DNA from: an uncultured Rhodothermaceae bacterium
GTDB taxonomy: Bacteria; Bacteroidota; Rhodothermia; Rhodothermales; Bin80
Length of the DNA stretch: 64,000 nucleotides
Direction of reading: 5' to 3'
Assembly: GCA_964639665.1 (NCBI GenBank)
Contig: CAZXEU010000213.1
Coordinates: 11,652 to 75,651, forward strand
The notes under the pieces were generated by a model. That model was not told the origin of the DNA. It did not search any database and worked only from the letters and a program-made list of their open reading frames with translations. Positions 1 to 9,428 of this stretch are shown here, piece after piece (the stretch's first letter is position 1; each line of letters begins with the position of its first letter). The translations under genes were made by a program, and so were the position numbers.

Positions 1-111
1 ACCGATCAAATCTCCCCATGGTCGCACTGTTCCGAGTGGTGGTGTCGGCCTACATGCGTGGCGCCCACGGCCCATACGCCTAGGATGATTCACTCCGGGA
101 GTGCTCCGCGC

Positions 112-2367
112 ATGCGAATTCTCGCCCTGGCTTTGCTGGCCATGGCAGCGTTCAGCGACGCGACGGCCCAGAACGCTGTCATCCGCGGCTACGTTACCGA
201 CGCAGCAGACGGCCAGCCGCTACAGGGCGTAAACGTTATCCTGACCAACGACGCGGGTGCCCTTTTGGGCGGAGCCACAGACCGCGACGGCTTCTATGCC
301 GTCTCGGGCATTGCCCCAGGAGAGTACTACCTTGCCGGCTCTTTCATTGGCTACCAGGTGCACCAGGATACACTTGCATTTGAGGCCGGAGAGATTCGCC
401 CCTACAATTTCGAGCTGCAATTCGGGCAAATGGACCTCGATGAACTCCTCGTGGAGGCGGAGCGGGAAGCCGCAGGCGCGGCAGGCCTGACGGGAGGGCT
501 GCAGTCCGTGCGCCCGCAGGACATCAGTCTTATCCCAGCGCCGGACCTATCGGGCGACCTGGCGAGCTACCTCGTCACGATGCCGGGGGTTGTAGCCGGC
601 GGCGATCAGGGCGGCCAGCTGTTCATTCGGGGTGGAGAGCCCACCCAGAATCTCGTCTTGATGGACGGCATGCTTGTATACCAGCCGTTTCACCTGATTG
701 GTTTCTACAGCGCGATCCCGGCCAGCATCCTGAACGTGACTGACGTGTATGCCGGCGGATTCGGCGCCAAGTACGGAGGCAGGCTGTCGTCCGTTATCGA
801 CGTTTCCACGCGAAACGGCAACAACCGGCGCCTTTCGGGAGAGATTTCTGCCGCACCGTTTATCAGCGCGGGCGTGCTCGAGGGCCCTATCCTCCCCGGG
901 CGTGTCTCAGCACTTTTTTCAGGGCGTTTCTCGGTGATCGAGCAGGGAGCAAGCCGCATCGTTGACACCCCGTTGCCGTACAGCTTCAACGATCAGTTCG
1001 GCAAAATTCACGCGGAACTCGGACAAAACAGCCGGGCCAGTGTAACCGGGATCCGGTCGTACGATCAGGGAATCATCGGAGCACAATCCGATGCCGAGGC
1101 CGACAGTGTCAGCAGACAGGTCACCTGGGAAAACACGGCGGTCGGAGGCCGCTACGTGCTTGTGCCCACGCGCATTCCGGTCCATGCCGAGATCCTGCTC
1201 TCCGCATCCCGCGTACAGAATTCGTTCGGGCAAGAGGATGACCCGGAAAGGTCGGCTGATGCCCGCGAGGTCAACGTAAGTGCAAACGTCACCCATTTTA
1301 CGAGCCCAACCGACATTACGTGGGGGCTTTACTTCCGGCTCAATGAACTGCAGAGCTCACTCGGAGGGCTCTTCCAGGATGTAACCGAGGACACGGAATT
1401 CGTAAGCGAGGCAGGGGGTTACGTTGAGCTGGACTTTGACCTTTCCGGCGGACTAGCCATGCAGCCCGGCCTGCGGTTCCAGTCGTTTCCGAGCAAGGGA
1501 CGCAACTACATCGAACCACGCTTGCGCGTAACCCTGGATCTGGGCCCTCACAGGTTAAGCGCGGCCGGGGGCCTTTACCATCAGGAGTTCGTGGGCTTGA
1601 CAGACCGCCGGGACGCAGGCGACGTATTTACTGCGTGGACGTCATCGCCGCGCGGTGAAGTCCCGACCGCGTACCATGTGATAGGAGGCTACCAGTTTTC
1701 GCCCGCATCGTGGATTCGGCTGGCCGCCGAGGGATTTTACAAGGAATTGTCTAACCTGAGTATTGCGGAGTGGTCAGCCTTCCCTCGCTTCACTACGCGG
1801 CTGCAGCCCGCGGACGGCACGGTAGTCGGCCTGGACAGCAGACTGGAGATCATTACACAGCCGTTCTACGGCTTTGTCAATTACGGGTACAGCGAAGTGG
1901 AGTACCTGGCGCAACAGACGGAGATCGAATACTGGTTCGGCTCCAGCGCCTATGCGTTTTCACCGCCGCATGACCGCCGGCACCAGATGAACGCACTCGC
2001 AAGCATACGCTTGGCGGGATTTATGCTGAACGTACGGTGGCAGTTTGGCTCGGGTCTGCCGTTCAGTGAGGCCTTGGGCTTCGACGAGTTCATCGCCCTG
2101 GAGGGACCCACGGATCTGACACAGGATCGCGGGCAGACACGCGTTCTTTACAGCTATCCCTATGGCGGGCGCCTTCCTACATATCACCGGCTGGACGCTT
2201 CGCTGGAGAGAGCCATTACCATCTCGGACCAGACTGTGCTCACTCTCCAGGGTAGCGCGACGAATGCGTATGACAGAACCAATCTGTTCTACGTCGATCT
2301 GTTCACACTGGAGCGCCTCAATCAGCTTCCGCTGATTCCCGCCGTCGGCCTCAAACTGGAATTCTAG
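112..2367 (+). CDS. TonB-dependent outer-membrane receptor (CarboxypepD_reg-like N-domain, plug, barrel)
   Basis: ORF 58..2367. ATG 112 is the likely start and gives signal peptide MRILALALLAMAAFSDATAQ (GTG 58 and ATG 85 are alternatives). 'IRGYVTDAADGQPLQGVNVIL' is CarboxypepD_reg-like and 'QLFIRGGEPTQNLVLMDGMLVY' is plug-like. C-terminus is aromatic, 'GLKLEF'. Confidence 0.85.
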   Translation: MRILALALLAMAAFSDATAQNAVIRGYVTDAADGQPLQGVNVILTNDAGALLGGATDRDGFYAVSGIAPGEYYLAGSFIGYQVHQDTLAFEAGEIRPYNFELQFGQMDLDELLVEAEREAAGAAGLTGGLQSVRPQDISLIPAPDLSGDLASYLVTMPGVVAGGDQGGQLFIRGGEPTQNLVLMDGMLVYQPFHLIGFYSAIPASILNVTDVYAGGFGAKYGGRLSSVIDVSTRNGNNRRLSGEISAAPFISAGVLEGPILPGRVSALFSGRFSVIEQGASRIVDTPLPYSFNDQFGKIHAELGQNSRASVTGIRSYDQGIIGAQSDAEADSVSRQVTWENTAVGGRYVLVPTRIPVHAEILLSASRVQNSFGQEDDPERSADAREVNVSANVTHFTSPTDITWGLYFRLNELQSSLGGLFQDVTEDTEFVSEAGGYVELDFDLSGGLAMQPGLRFQSFPSKGRNYIEPRLRVTLDLGPHRLSAAGGLYHQEFVGLTDRRDAGDVFTAWTSSPRGEVPTAYHVIGGYQFSPASWIRLAAEGFYKELSNLSIAEWSAFPRFTTRLQPADGTVVGLDSRLEIITQPFYGFVNYGYSEVEYLAQQTEIEYWFGSSAYAFSPPHDRRHQMNALASIRLAGFMLNVRWQFGSGLPFSEALGFDEFIALEGPTDLTQDRGQTRVLYSYPYGGRLPTYHRLDASLERAITISDQTVLTLQGSATNAYDRTNLFYVDLFTLERLNQLPLIPAVGLKLEF

Positions 2368-2384
2368 CGAGCGTCAGTCTCCTC

Positions 2385-3371
2385 ATGCAGAACAAGAGCC
2401 TATTGACCGCCGGTGTGCTCGCATTTGCCGGCCTCCTGGCGGCCTGCGAGGAATCAGTCTCGCCGATACTGGATAGTGATCAGCAGGTTACGCTCTTCGG
2501 CGCCCTTGACATGGCGCGCGACACGCAGTTTGTGCGGATCATCCCGATTCGTCCGACGCTTGCGCCGTCTGCCGATGTGCCGGAAATTGCCGTCAGGTCC
2601 ATTGATCTGACCAACGGCCGGACGTCCGCGTGGCGTGACAGCCTCGTGTATTACGCCGACGGATCTCCCGGCTTTATCTACTACTCGCCATTAAGAATTC
2701 GCCCGGGGCATACTTACCGGCTTGAAGTCCAGCCAGGTGGTTCCGAGCTGCTTACCAGTGCCGAGACCACGGTGCCGGAAGAGCCCACCATCACCATCCT
2801 GCCGGAAGTGATCACGTTCCTGATAACTGCCAACAGATCCCGCCTGGTCGTTACCCAGTCACTGCAGATGGAGGGGCTTTCGATGGCGCCCTTCGCTTCC
2901 GAGATCTGGTACCGTTTTTTCCGGGTGAGCGACTTTACCTTCCGTGATATTCGGCTTCCTTACCCTCCCGTACAGCGTCCGCTGGAAGCGAGCGGCTGGC
3001 AGTACGACGTCGACCTGCTCAGGGACCGCGACTCACTGGCAAAGCAGATCGAGCTGACCTCGTCTGTCGCACTTGCCGGTCTGGGAATGACCGTAACGGT
3101 TCTCGACGACGAATTCGTCCAGCCGAGCGGCGTCTTTGATCCGGAAGTACTGGCCCAGCCCGGGACCCGGTCTAACGTGACCAACGGATTCGGCTTCCTT
3201 GGTTCCGTGGGCAGGTTCTCGGTCGAGTGGCTTCTGGCCGACTCGACAATCAGGGTGCTGGGGTACAATCCGATGGAGCCTCTAGGTCCGCTCAGCCGCA
3301 CCTGGAAGCCGGTCTGGCCGGACGTTCCCGGAGTATTGGCTCAGAGCACACCGGCCAGCGGATCCGAATAG
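2385..3371 (+). CDS. lipoprotein, DUF4249-like partner of the upstream receptor
   Basis: Lipobox Cys in MQNKSLLTAGVLAFAGLLAACEES. It starts 17 nt after the receptor gene. Size and position are typical of DUF4249 lipoproteins that follow CarboxypepD_reg-type receptors. Family call is from memory only. Confidence 0.6.
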   Translation: MQNKSLLTAGVLAFAGLLAACEESVSPILDSDQQVTLFGALDMARDTQFVRIIPIRPTLAPSADVPEIAVRSIDLTNGRTSAWRDSLVYYADGSPGFIYYSPLRIRPGHTYRLEVQPGGSELLTSAETTVPEEPTITILPEVITFLITANRSRLVVTQSLQMEGLSMAPFASEIWYRFFRVSDFTFRDIRLPYPPVQRPLEASGWQYDVDLLRDRDSLAKQIELTSSVALAGLGMTVTVLDDEFVQPSGVFDPEVLAQPGTRSNVTNGFGFLGSVGRFSVEWLLADSTIRVLGYNPMEPLGPLSRTWKPVWPDVPGVLAQSTPASGSE

Positions 3372-3387
3372 GACCGTCGGTACTGGT

Positions 3388-4173
3388 ATGCGCGTCGTAG
3401 TCATTATTCCGGCGTACAACGAGGAGTCTGCCATCGCGAAGGTTATCGCCGATATCCCGCGAGATGTTGCCGGGGAAGTCGTGGTCGTCGATAATGCATC
3501 TGACGACGGCACCGCACAAGCGGCGCGTGCGGCGGGAGCAACCGTGATCAAGGAAAGACGGCGCGGCTACGGATTTGCCTGCCTGTGCGGCATTGAGCAC
3601 GCGCGCAGCCAGGGAGCCGAAATTGTGGTTTTTCTTGACGGCGACTACAGTGACTTTCCCCAGGAAATGCACGAACTGGTGGCACCGATCCGGAATCGGG
3701 TGGCGGATCTGGTAATCGGCAGCCGCACGCGTGGAAAGACGCAGCGCGGAGCCCTGCTACCTCAGGCCCGGGCTGGCAACTGGCTCGCCTGCACGCTGAT
3801 GCGGCTGATTTGGCGTGCCCCTTACAGCGACCTTGGTCCGTTCCGTGCCGTTCGAATGGAGTCGTTGCTGCGGCTGCAAATGCAGGACGGTACATTCGGA
3901 TGGACCATCGAAATGCAAATCAAGGGGCACCTGGCCGGCCTGCGCATTGCCGAGGTTCCTGTATCGTATCGGCGCCGGATCGGAACCTCCAAGATCACCG
4001 GAACGGTTTCCGGCACCGTGCGGGCGGGAATTGGTATTCTGAGGACCATCGGAGCGCTCGCGTGGCGCAGCCGGCAACTCAGGCGGGAATATCGGGCAGC
4101 ATCCCAATTGAGCAAGGCCGAACATCCCCCCCCGCGTGTTGTACCACCGCCAACTCAGACCGAGCGGCGATAA
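3388..4173 (+). CDS. family 2 glycosyltransferase (Dpm1-like)
   Basis: GT-A signatures 'VVIIPAYNEESAI', 'VVVVDNASDDGT' and the DxD motif in 'FLDGDYSD'. Basic/hydrophobic C-terminal tail. Confidence 0.8.
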   Translation: MRVVVIIPAYNEESAIAKVIADIPRDVAGEVVVVDNASDDGTAQAARAAGATVIKERRRGYGFACLCGIEHARSQGAEIVVFLDGDYSDFPQEMHELVAPIRNRVADLVIGSRTRGKTQRGALLPQARAGNWLACTLMRLIWRAPYSDLGPFRAVRMESLLRLQMQDGTFGWTIEMQIKGHLAGLRIAEVPVSYRRRIGTSKITGTVSGTVRAGIGILRTIGALAWRSRQLRREYRAASQLSKAEHPPPRVVPPPTQTERR

Positions 4174-5082
4174 ATGGGAGCGGACATTTGGTTCAACGGG
4201 AAGTTCATTCCCTTTGGCGACGCCAAGATTCATGTGCTGTCACATGCCCTGCACTACGGCTCGTCCGTATTTGAGGGTATCCGCTGCTACGATACCGCGA
4301 AGGGATCCGCGGTATTCTGCCTTTCCGGCCATATGAGGCGACTTGTGGATTCGGCCAGGATTCACCGCATGGAGCCTCCGTATGATCAGGCAGCGCTAGA
4401 ACAGGCTTCGCTGAAGACAGTTCGGCGCAGTGGGTTGACCGCCTGCTACATTCGTCCTGTGATGTTCCGGGGAGTCGGCAACATGGGTGTCAATCCCTTG
4501 ACCAATCCGGTCGAGACGTTTGTTGCTGTCTGGGAATGGGGAGCCTACCTCGGAAAGGAGGCGCTTGAAGAAGGCGTGGATGTCGAGGTTTCTTCCTGGA
4601 ATCGCATGGCACCCAACACCTTCCCCGCGATGGCCAAGGCGGCCGGCAACTACCTCAATGCAAGCCTGGTCAAGATGAATGCCGTGCTCAACGGCTATGT
4701 CGAAGGAATAATGTTGAGTACGGATGGCCACGTCGCCGAAGGCAGCGGCGAAAACCTGTTTCTGATTCGTGACGGCGTGCTGTATACCGCTCCGACAAGT
4801 CTTTCCATCCTGCCCGGGATCACGCGCGGGGCCGTGATACGGCTCGCGAGAGACCGCGGCTACACGGTTGAAGAAGTGCACATGCCGCGCGAAGCACTTT
4901 ACATTGCCGACGAACTGTTCTTTACCGGTACGGCGGCGGAAATAACGCCAATACGGTCGGTGGACAAGTATACCGTTGGCGCAGGTCGGCGAGGGCCCAT
5001 TACGGAGGAGCTCCAGAACGCATTTTTTGATATCGTTCAGGCCGGCAATGATCCTTACGGCTGGCTTACGCCCGTGAGCTGA
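4174..5082 (+). CDS. ilvE: branched-chain amino acid aminotransferase
   Basis: Class IV aminotransferase motifs '[13 protein letters not shown]', 'AEGSGENLF' and 'LPGITRG'. The ATG directly abuts the upstream TAA. Confidence 0.9.
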   Translation: MGADIWFNGKFIPFGDAKIHVLSHALHYGSSVFEGIRCYDTAKGSAVFCLSGHMRRLVDSARIHRMEPPYDQAALEQASLKTVRRSGLTACYIRPVMFRGVGNMGVNPLTNPVETFVAVWEWGAYLGKEALEEGVDVEVSSWNRMAPNTFPAMAKAAGNYLNASLVKMNAVLNGYVEGIMLSTDGHVAEGSGENLFLIRDGVLYTAPTSLSILPGITRGAVIRLARDRGYTVEEVHMPREALYIADELFFTGTAAEITPIRSVDKYTVGAGRRGPITEELQNAFFDIVQAGNDPYGWLTPVS

Positions 5083-5119
5083 TCTCAGCTTCCGGGCATC
5101 GCGACCGCTGCGGCAACTG

Positions 5120-5152
5120 GGCGGGACGCTCGAATGAGTGCCCCGCCTTTTT
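5120..5152 (+). terminator. Rho-independent terminator candidate after ilvE
   Basis: GGCGGG (5120..5125) pairs with CCCGCC (5142..5147) across a 16-nt loop. TTTTT follows at 5148..5152. Confidence 0.5.
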
Positions 5153-5261
5153 CCTGGAAGCCGCTTGAACCTACATTAATTCTTCGTGGTCAATGAATCT
5201 GAACTAAGGATGTCCCGGTCGGAGATGCGCAGAGGCTGCTTCACCCCATTTGGCCGGCGCC

Positions 5262-5925
5262 ATGCCATACGCATTGAAATGCCTCTTCGCCGCGCTCTTC
5301 CTAATGCTGCTTGGATGCGCGGCAAGCCGCCCCCGCGCAGATGCCGTTACCTCGCTACTTGGTAAAGCGCTGTGGCCCGCGGGCTCCACGGACCTGGCGC
5401 CTCGAGTGGACACCGAGCGCTAGGCTCGTGCCATTCGCAACCGGATCAGTGCAGTGCGCCTCGAGAACGGGCTTGCTCCGCTTGACTGGTCCGGCAGCCT
5501 TGCTCGTCTCGCCGAATGCCACAGCAGGAACATGTGGCCCGGAAGGCATTCTTCGGGCACACAAATCCCCGCAGGCAGGAGCCGGAAGACCAGGCCGTGG
5601 ACGCTGGCATTCCTGTTTTCGCAAACCGGGGGCCTATGCGCTCAGAGGTATAGGAGAGAATCTGTTGCTTACCCACCGCTACTCGGAATTCCGCGTGCGC
5701 TCAAGCGGCAAAGGCAAGAAGACGTACGACTTCACATGGAAGAGCGGCTAGGGTATAGTCGCCGAAGCCTTGACGAGCTGGATGAACAGTCCCAGCCACC
5801 GCGCCAACCTGCTGAGCCAGCTTTACGTTACAGCGGGCGTTGGAATCGCCCACGCTGAAAACGAAGCACTCTTCATAAGCGCGAATTTCTCCTTTCTCGA
5901 TTCCGAGGCACTCGCGGCCAAATAA
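5262..5925 (+). pseudogene. decayed CAP/SCP (YkwD-like) lipoprotein gene
   Basis: ATG 5262 with lipobox 'MLLGCAAS'. In-frame TAG at 5421. CAP-like text continues through 'LENGLAPLDWSGSLARLAECHSRNM' (frame 0), 'ARKAFFGHTNP' (frame 2), 'GIGENLLL' (frame 1, TAG at 5749) and 'SWMNSPSHRANLLSQLYVTAGVGIAH' to TAA 5923. Confidence 0.75.
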
Positions 5926-5932
5926 GAAGCCT

Positions 5933-7831
5933 CTAGCGGGCCAATACGGCCCGGCGTACACGGGTACGGTCGCCGGCTCTTAGCCGTACAAAGTACAAGC
6001 CCGCCCCCACGCGCTTGCCGCGTGCATCGTCCGCGGACCACTGCACCGTGTGCCGACCGGCTGGCCTCGTCTCGTCGAGGAGCAATCGCACACGCGATCC
6101 AAGGACATTGAACACCTCAATGGTCACCGGTCCCGGCTCCGGTATCGTAAATGCAACCGAGGCAGATCTGCTAAACGGATTGGGATATACGGCTTCTAGG
6201 GAAAACTCCGGAACTGCGTCCGATTCAACTGCCGTGTGGAGACCGTGACTCGCTGACACCGAGAAAGAGCCCTCGTCCGCAAATGCTGAGGCTTTGAGAC
6301 TGTGATCGATGGCCTGCACACTCCAGTGATAAGTCCCGCCGGCTAGCCCATTCAGACGCCATTGCCGTCCCTGGCCAGCATTGCCGCGGGTTGCAAGCCT
6401 TCGGCGCCCGGTTTCCGGATTGGAGGCCGCAAATACGACGTCAGTAAGCCCGGGAGCCGTACCCACGCGGATATTATACGAAAGGCCCGCGCCAGGCGTC
6501 TCTTCGTCCGCTGCAGCCTCCCACGAAAGCACGACGCTTCTGCCGGATACCGCGGCACGCAGCCCATTCGGCGGGCCCGGAGGCGTGTTTACGCCCTGTG
6601 AATCGTTTCTGTACAACCGAATGAGCGGACGAACGGACCGGCTGCTTCCCGCCATCACCAGATCCAGGTCGTCGTCGCCATCATAGTCTCCCCACTGCAC
6701 TGATGAGGCCGATAATCCCGGCAAATGAAGCCAGGCCTGAAGGCGCCCCCCCTCGTTCCGGTAAACACGGCCCGAACGGTTATTGGCGACATCCCTGGCT
6801 CCCACCACCAGCAGATCAAGGTCTCCGTCGCTGTCTGCGTCACCCCAGGAAACACTACCGTAGAATACCGGCCTGATCTCCGTCTCCAAACGCGTAAAGC
6901 CGCCTCCGGAATTGCGATATACCTCCGTCACCGGCACCAGCGGCTGATGCGTGCCCACCTTGGATCCGGAGAGCACCAGATCCGGGTCACCGTCATTGTC
7001 AAAGTCGCCCCAGTCCAGCGAGGAAAAGGCGAGTCCTGGTAATTGCACGCCTGAGTCTGCCAGGTCGCCGAAGCCATTGTTGCGATACAGCACCGTTCGA
7101 AAACGGCCCGTGTCCTCGGCGCCGGATAGCGTTAGATCCAGATCTCCATCATTGTCATAATCCACCCACTTGGCAACTCCGAATGCGATTTGAGGCAGCG
7201 CCACGTCATCGGGCACAAAGGATCCGTTTTCGTTGCGGTAGAGTCGGGTCAAGTGGGTGCCCGCTGCCGCGACGCCCGCCACCAAGAGGTCCTCGTCGCC
7301 GTCATTGTCATAGTCGCCCGGTGCCACCATACCGCTGTAGACCCCGGCAATTCCCGATTCCGCTTCGACAAACGCCGTGCCATTGCCCCGGTAGAGCATG
7401 GCTGTGCCCTCCAGCGGCTCATCCGTGGTGCCCACTAGCGAGCCTGCCGCCCCCGTTGCCACAAAGTCCAGTACCCCGTCCCCATCAGCATCCAGCCAGG
7501 CTACCTGACTCAGCCAAATGCCCCTCGCCAGCGGCCTGACGTCAAATGCCCGCCACAGCGTACCGCTGCCCCTTCTGAATTCACTGCCCGTCCACGCGAG
7601 ATACGCCGTAGGAACATAGGGCGGATTGTTGCTTGAATTGCCGGTTCCGAGCAAATCCAGGACTCCGTCTCCGTCCAAATCTGCAAACGTAATAGAGCCG
7701 TATTCCAGCGCCGGAAGGTCCGGTACCACGAGCGTAAAGGTAAACGGCTGGGCACTTGCCGAAGTGGCCAGCGCTGCAAGCAGCACAGCCGTCTGTAGTG
7801 CCGACCGGCAATTTCGCACAGGCCGCATCAA
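5933..7831 (-). CDS. secreted 7-bladed FG-GAP/VCBS propeller protein with FN3-like domain and T9SS C-terminal sorting domain
   Basis: Signal peptide. Seven DxDxDGDxD blades, from 'FADLDGDGVLDLL' to 'WGDYDGDDDLDLV'. FN3-like 'LSYNIRVGTAPG...YHWSVQAID'. T9SS tail 'YPNPFSRSASVAFTIPEPGPVTIEVFNVLGSRV...GLYFVRL'. The start overlaps the upstream stop (7828..7831). Confidence 0.85.
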   Translation of the reverse strand: MMRPVRNCRSALQTAVLLAALATSASAQPFTFTLVVPDLPALEYGSITFADLDGDGVLDLLGTGNSSNNPPYVPTAYLAWTGSEFRRGSGTLWRAFDVRPLARGIWLSQVAWLDADGDGVLDFVATGAAGSLVGTTDEPLEGTAMLYRGNGTAFVEAESGIAGVYSGMVAPGDYDNDGDEDLLVAGVAAAGTHLTRLYRNENGSFVPDDVALPQIAFGVAKWVDYDNDGDLDLTLSGAEDTGRFRTVLYRNNGFGDLADSGVQLPGLAFSSLDWGDFDNDGDPDLVLSGSKVGTHQPLVPVTEVYRNSGGGFTRLETEIRPVFYGSVSWGDADSDGDLDLLVVGARDVANNRSGRVYRNEGGRLQAWLHLPGLSASSVQWGDYDGDDDLDLVMAGSSRSVRPLIRLYRNDSQGVNTPPGPPNGLRAAVSGRSVVLSWEAAADEETPGAGLSYNIRVGTAPGLTDVVFAASNPETGRRRLATRGNAGQGRQWRLNGLAGGTYHWSVQAIDHSLKASAFADEGSFSVSASHGLHTAVESDAVPEFSLEAVYPNPFSRSASVAFTIPEPGPVTIEVFNVLGSRVRLLLDETRPAGRHTVQWSADDARGKRVGAGLYFVRLRAGDRTRVRRAVLAR

Positions 7832-9411
7832 GGGGCGGCCTCCAGCGGAATACTCACTCTCGTCCGATCCCAGGTCATGACCAGCAGCACACTCGATCCT
7901 TCAGGCTCGAATCCGATGGTAAAGGCCTCGTGCACCTGGTCCAGCAGCTCGACCGGCGCCTCAGCCCGCAAGGCATCCTGGGCCTGATCGTAGTCCTGCG
8001 TGCCGTCCTGGCCGAGGCCGTGGTTGAATATTACAGTCCACTCTTCCGGCCCGGGAATAGTGAATAGCGAATAGGTGCCTGCGGCCAATAGCTGGCCCGC
8101 TACGCGAAGCGGGGTTGTTAGCGTAATCTCCGTAGCCTCGTTGGCGGCGGTGCGCCACAGCTCGCCCATGGGCACAAGGCCGCCGAAGATCTCCCTTCCC
8201 CGCTTCCGTGGCGAGCCGTAGTGCACCTTTACGTAACCGTCACCGACCCTGGCGCGGGCAAGCTGCAACGGGCTCAGCCGACTTTCCGGCGCATCGACGG
8301 CGGCCAGATTCCAGTCGTCCGGGAACAGCGACGCGTCAAGCCCCGGAATAATGCGCAGCGCATTCTTGTAATAGATCTTTCGCAGAACTTCATCCGGCAG
8401 ATCCAGCCCGTACATGCGCCACCAGGCGTGGCGCTTGCGATAGTACGGGAAGAACTCATCTGCCGTCTCAAAAATGCGGAAGTACGTGTGGTATTCCTCC
8501 GGAGCCCACGAGTCCTTGCCCATAAGCACGCGGTCCTGGAACTCAATGAGCCATGCCCGGGCTGTGACCGGCTGGCGGCCCAACTCAGCCACCACGGCTC
8601 CGAGCTCCGTATAGACATTCGGGTTTTCGGTCAGCATTGCCCCCAGCCGGCCCAGATCATTGCCCATCCAGCCCAGGTGGGCGTTGAGAAAAACGGTACC
8701 GGGATGCTTGCGAAAGACATTCCATTGCTCCAAAATCAGCGCCTCCCAGGTCGGCTCGGGCGGCCGCTTGCGCCCCGGGCGCTCCTTCAATTCGAACCAC
8801 CGCTCGTTATATCGGTCCTGCTCCAGCCAGAACGGGGCAGGGTCTGCAGTATGAATCAGAACCGGGATGCCCAATTCACCACACTTGGCCCAGATGGGAT
8901 CCAGGCGCGGATCGTCCGTGGCAACGCGGCTTCCTTCCGCGTCAACCACATACATGCCCAGATTCTTGAAGATCTTGAGTCCCCTGGCACCGCTACCAAC
9001 ATCAGCCTCCAGCTGTGCTGCTGCCGCCTCACCGAATCCGGGCTCGCTAACGCGGCTGAAATCGATGTTGGCAAAATGCACGATCCGGCCGGGCGCAAGC
9101 TGGTCGGAGGCTTCGACGCTGCGCCGGAGCTGCTCTCCGCTGCCGCCGCTCAAGTTGACCATGACCGCCATGTTCATGGCATCCATATCGGCCAAAAGCC
9201 CGCTGATGCGTTCCTCGGAAGCACCGCCCATGCTTCGCTGATGAGCATGGACATCCACGAATGGGTACTGCGCCCGCACCACGGGATTCTCCTGGACCGA
9301 CAGCGTTGATACGGGTTCATAATCTTCCCATTGCATCACCTGCCCCGCAGACGAATGGGCGGTCCAAATGCAAAAACTCGCGGCGCAGATTGTAAGAAGT
9401 GCTAGTCGCAT
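7828..9411 (-). CDS. secreted metal-dependent amidohydrolase (TIM-barrel) fused to a C-terminal DUF2911-like domain
   Basis: Signal peptide MRLALLTICAASFCIWTAHSSAG. HxH motif 'FVDVHAHQ'. The amidohydrolase_2-like body ends at 'YYKNALRIIPGL'. The C-terminal 'VKVHYGSPRKRGREIFGGLVPMGELWRTAANEATEITL...GTYSLFTIP' matches my recollection of DUF2911. Confidence 0.75.
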   Translation of the reverse strand: MRLALLTICAASFCIWTAHSSAGQVMQWEDYEPVSTLSVQENPVVRAQYPFVDVHAHQRSMGGASEERISGLLADMDAMNMAVMVNLSGGSGEQLRRSVEASDQLAPGRIVHFANIDFSRVSEPGFGEAAAAQLEADVGSGARGLKIFKNLGMYVVDAEGSRVATDDPRLDPIWAKCGELGIPVLIHTADPAPFWLEQDRYNERWFELKERPGRKRPPEPTWEALILEQWNVFRKHPGTVFLNAHLGWMGNDLGRLGAMLTENPNVYTELGAVVAELGRQPVTARAWLIEFQDRVLMGKDSWAPEEYHTYFRIFETADEFFPYYRKRHAWWRMYGLDLPDEVLRKIYYKNALRIIPGLDASLFPDDWNLAAVDAPESRLSPLQLARARVGDGYVKVHYGSPRKRGREIFGGLVPMGELWRTAANEATEITLTTPLRVAGQLLAAGTYSLFTIPGPEEWTVIFNHGLGQDGTQDYDQAQDALRAEAPVELLDQVHEAFTIGFEPEGSSVLLVMTWDRTRVSIPLEAAP

Positions 9412-9428
9412 AGCCGTTATCGACTGGA

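Noticed and set aside
8221-9309. Long antisense ORFs opposite well-supported genes. Examples: 8221..9309, 13558..14472, 24054..24794, 27188..28363, 28493..29371, 29989..31155, 35355..36578, 39984..41225, 44965..45870, 50727..51587, 51830..52879, 55276..56166, 62540..63370.
   Set aside because: Each lies entirely inside a gene with strong family motifs on the other strand. Their translations are Arg/Pro/Gly/His-rich with no recognisable motifs. Long stop-free shadow frames are expected at this GC content.
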